NCBI GenBank assembly: GCA_035084275.1 | Contig: CM068758.1 | Span: forward strand, 186,001 to 250,000 | DNA length: 64,000 nt | Source: Hydrolagus colliei | Taxonomy: Eukaryota | Direction: 5' to 3' | Shown: positions 60,981-64,000 of the stretch, in pieces | Position numbering within the stretch: position 1 is the first letter of the stretch | Layout of the letters: every line of letters starts with the position of its first letter | Translations under genes and position numbers: made by a program | Notes under the pieces: model-generated | Seen by the model: only the letters and a program-made list of their open reading frames with translations | The model's database searches: none | Told to the model about the DNA's origin: nothing

Positions 60981-63900
60981 GGTCTGATTCTGGGGTATGG
61001 CTCTATTGATAGCTCATAAGTGACATTTTAAGACAGCAAGCATTTAACAGATCTCTTCATATGTAAAACTGAATGAAGAAAATGCACTCTAACAATTTCT
61101 ATCTGCACAATGAAATTAATTTAAAACAGTTCTGCACTAAACCACTAGATGTCACTAAATAGCTATATTTATAATAATCCCTAACTAAAGAAAACTCAGT
61201 TTAACAGTAAAGAGGGAGCCCAGAAAACAGTTTTAAAAGCTAAGTCCCGCCAATTGTTCTCCGCTACAAAGAAATTTGATTATTTTTCACCCCACTTAGC
61301 TATTAAAGTGGGTGTAATACTACAAGTATGCCTTCTTTCAAAAAAAAGCTCACAGAAGGAGTTTGTAACTCATTAATCTCAAAATTTAGTTGCTGTGGTG
61401 AGCCATAGGGTCTTTTGAGTAGATAGAGGAATCCACTGGCATCTCTGAACACGAAAACTCTGTTTTGAAGCTGTTTAAAACAGTGTATATCTAAATATTT
61501 GGATGTTATTGAGATGACAAGAGTCAAAGGACTGGTCTATGACAAATGACTCAACCATCACATCAATATTTAAAGGACACACAAAAAAGAATGATTTAAT
61601 TGATGAATAAATTACCAAGACATAGGTTACCCCCATTTGTAGAACTCCTTTCGTTATAAGGTAGCAGAAATAAGTGTGTTCATAGAATAATCACATACTA
61701 CTTTTAAAAACAAAAAATGTTCTCCTGATTCCAAGAGTTTATGAAATGTAAAAAAGATAATTTTTTTATATCTCCAAGGAATAGTCTCCCTTGCATTGGC
61801 CATATCATTCCATGGGAAAATATGTAAAACCAACTTCCACTGCCACCTTTGTGGAGATGTATTGTATATTTTTCTACAATTCTAGAACAGCTGCAGCCAG
61901 TCATTAACAGACATTCCACAAATTCCTTTCAGTGTTTCCATCTATTGTAATACTTCTTTTGGAAACATGTACAACAGCTTCACTGTTAGGAGTACCTTGA
62001 AGCTACTGTTTGAAAGACAGAAGGAACGTCATGTCATCCTAGCTGTTCACTTGTATTGGTATTTGAGGGTTGTGGTGAACACTAACTTTTGCTGGGATGA
62101 TATCCCCCAGGACTGGGCTAAGAAATTACATATGTACACACAACAGAAAGGTTGCCCCCTCCACCTCCCACCCAAAAAAGCCCGACATTGAGGTATTCTG
62201 ACAAAGCATCCTTGCAATTATTTCAACACATGCAAATGCATTACAATATTAATTACATTGCTGTACTACCAAATATTAATCCCTGTCCCTGAGGCATTAA
62301 TACCTTTTGAATGAGTAAAAAGTTCTACAACTTTAGTACAAAATAAAATAAAGCTTTTATGCAAGTCAGGAAATACTCCATACAACTCCACTTTGGATCC
62401 AGGTTAAATCTACACAAGACATTAAGAGTTGAAGTATTCGATTTACAATTCTCTGGCGATCTGAGGATTCTCAAAACAACTCTAAATTTATCTTTGAGCT
62501 AGCCAGATTTCAATATTTAGAAACAGAGAGCCAAATTCTGCAGAGCAACACAGCTCCACTTCCAGAATGGATAAACAATCTCACAAAAAGCATGTTCAAA
62601 GAGAAACTCCCTCTTTGCCTAATAGAGCATCATCTCCTTGTTTCAACATAGGTGATTTTCTTTATACTAAAACATTTAAATAGTGGAGAAAATATTTTTC
62701 TTTCAACAGGGAAGCTTATTTTGATTTTAAGCAAAGTTTCCTTCAGTGTGTGTTCAACTGGAACGATGGTGATTACTATACAGTACTTGGCCATCAACAC
62801 ATATTAGATGTGAATTGTCAATTCATGAGACATCAACCTAAACCTCATCTAACCTGCTTTCATAGTAAAACAAACTATCTTCCTGAAATAATAGGACTAT
62901 TCTTGAGTTTCCAAGATGGGCCAACCCCAACTTCTCCCTACAAACTGAATTCAAAAATGTTAAATTAAACAATTTATTTGCCACTGAAATAAAGGAGCAA
63001 CTGGGTAATAGTTCTGTATAAGGAATGCACGATAACTGCTCTGCCACAACAGAAACCCAGACATCAAAATGCTATTCACAACTGTTACAGACCATCACAG
63101 ATACTACATTATGTTCTTTATATAGATATAAAGCAGTGAAACTGCATTCATCAGAGGAAGACACAAACACAAATGTTACACTGAGCGTCCCATCAATGGT
63201 GTATTGCTGAATTACACTAGTCTTTGACAATGACTCACAATGTAAACCCTTAAATAAAAGTTTAACAAAATAAAGTTTTGTGTTCGCTATCAATGGAAAT
63301 ATCTATATTAAAATTACTTTCATAGCTTTCTTACAAAAGAAACAAAACCACCCTTTATAACCATTGGCTGCACTAAATTACTTTGCAGTAATGGCAAAAT
63401 ATTGTTAAGAAAAAGCCCTAGAAGCAATAATAATAATAATTCTTGCAATTGATGTAGCGACTTATCACGTCTTCGAAACGTCTCAAAATACTTCACAAAC
63501 TATACTGTAAAGTGACTTGACTATATTCATGGGTGAAAAGTAACAGAATAATCAGACTAATCAGATTAATGGCACTGAACCTTCAAGATCTCATCTGCGA
63601 CTACTGTACAAGGAAATTGTTTAGTACCAATAAGGCCGTATTACACATGCTTAAGGATAAATGACATTATTTCAGATAGCAAGCTGATATAAAAAGACAA
63701 CCTTCATCATACTTTCCTGTAAACCACGTAACATTTACCAACCATATACACTAGGTTCCATAATTACATTCTACAATTATTACTGAATTGTTTTCAATTG
63801 CTGTTAACAGTCCTCTGAGCAACAGAAGTCTACATTTTGCAATTTAAAATAATTAGCAAGTACAGTACTCTATAAAACAGGCTGCAAAGGAAGCTTTGGA

Positions 63901-64000
63901 GGAATTTAAGGGCTATAATTCAATCTCAGGCTTCATGTCAACACACTGATTAAATTACAGTCTGCAACTCAATCCAGAGTACACATACACATAGCACTCA

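Noticed and set aside
60562-64000. SMURF1 exon 1 and promoter
   Set aside because: No MSNPG-like coding start or CpG island seen; this appears to be intron 1 continuing past the window end.

Overview
Vertebrate (eukaryotic) genomic DNA with GT-AG spliced genes, two assembly gaps and many CR1/L2 LINE and tRNA-SINE remnants. The repeat types suggest a cartilaginous fish, possibly a holocephalan such as the elephant shark; this is inference. Four protein-coding genes can be built by hand. Two are tandem + strand mesothelin-family paralogues (3920-10258, 385 aa; 18247-25850, 370 aa), each with 10 phase-consistent coding exons. One is a single-ORF urotensin-II-receptor-family GPCR (35200-36354, +). 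The last is SMURF1 on the - strand (exons 2-18, 60561 down to 48621; exon 1 not found in the window) with a probable ~6 kb 3' UTR. The most notable observation is that both mesothelin-like genes encode signal peptide, a ~20-aa propeptide, a furin-type site, the mature mesothelin domain and a GPI signal, and lack the whole MPF (megakaryocyte-potentiating factor) moiety. Other points: a vestigial first-WW-domain remnant in SMURF1, a candidate local gene-conversion tract between the paralogues, an intact-ended non-autonomous hAT element and a perfect fold-back hairpin at a CR1 5' junction. All homology calls come from recalled sequences, not from searches.
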